IMG/VR virus record: IMGVR_UViG_3300025353_000011
Location: 1 to 36,170 of that record
DNA: 36,170 bases
Reading direction: 5' to 3' (one strand)
Source: a virus
Taxonomy: Duplodnaviria > Caudoviricetes
The position numbers and the translations under genes are program-made. The notes below the pieces were generated by a model. That model searched no databases. It worked only from the letters and a program-made list of their open reading frames with translations, and was not told where the DNA came from. Shown piece after piece: positions 35,990 through 36,170 of the stretch. The stretch's first letter is position 1. The number at the start of each line of letters is the position of its first letter.

Positions 35990-36170
35990 TAGATGAAATG
36001 ACACTGTTCGTCGAGGAATTACAGGTGTTGGTAGATAGGTGTAAAGGTTCCACTTGAAACATTCGTCGATAAAAAATGCCGGTTGAAGGGTAAAATGATA
36101 TATAAAGTGGGAAAATGTGGGAGAAAGTGGGAAAAAATTGTTAGGATTGCAGATACCCTCCCCCCTAGAC

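Noticed and set aside
1-36170. Stop-codon reassignment
   Set aside because: Standard code gives dense full-length genes, and TAA, TAG and TGA all end genes at tight junctions

Overview
This window comes from a large AT-rich, contractile-tailed phage genome. Repeated TAnnTTTG promoters, one with a correctly spaced TTTG -33 element, suggest a Bacteroidota host. Bases 1-20976 are a minus-strand block: baseplate/tail genes (gp6-like, gp25-like, a split gp5-like hub with a lytic transglycosylase domain), holin plus GH108 endolysin, a gp55-like late sigma factor and an HD hydrolase. A standalone, catalytically intact TnpB sits inside this block, apparently inserted within a start codon. Bases 21087-30749 are a plus-strand array of small accessory genes, including MmcB-like, T5orf172, orphan HicB and a secreted nonspecific nuclease. 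A repeat-rich gap at about 30750-31060 may be a genome end. It is followed by a host-type promoter, a nut-like leader, one basic gene and about 850 nt of heavily structured non-coding sequence ending in a tRNA-like domain. Two diverged BT4734/VirE_N primase-polymerase-like genes each carry a leader of two hairpins with complementary loops. All family calls come from motif recognition by eye, without database searches.
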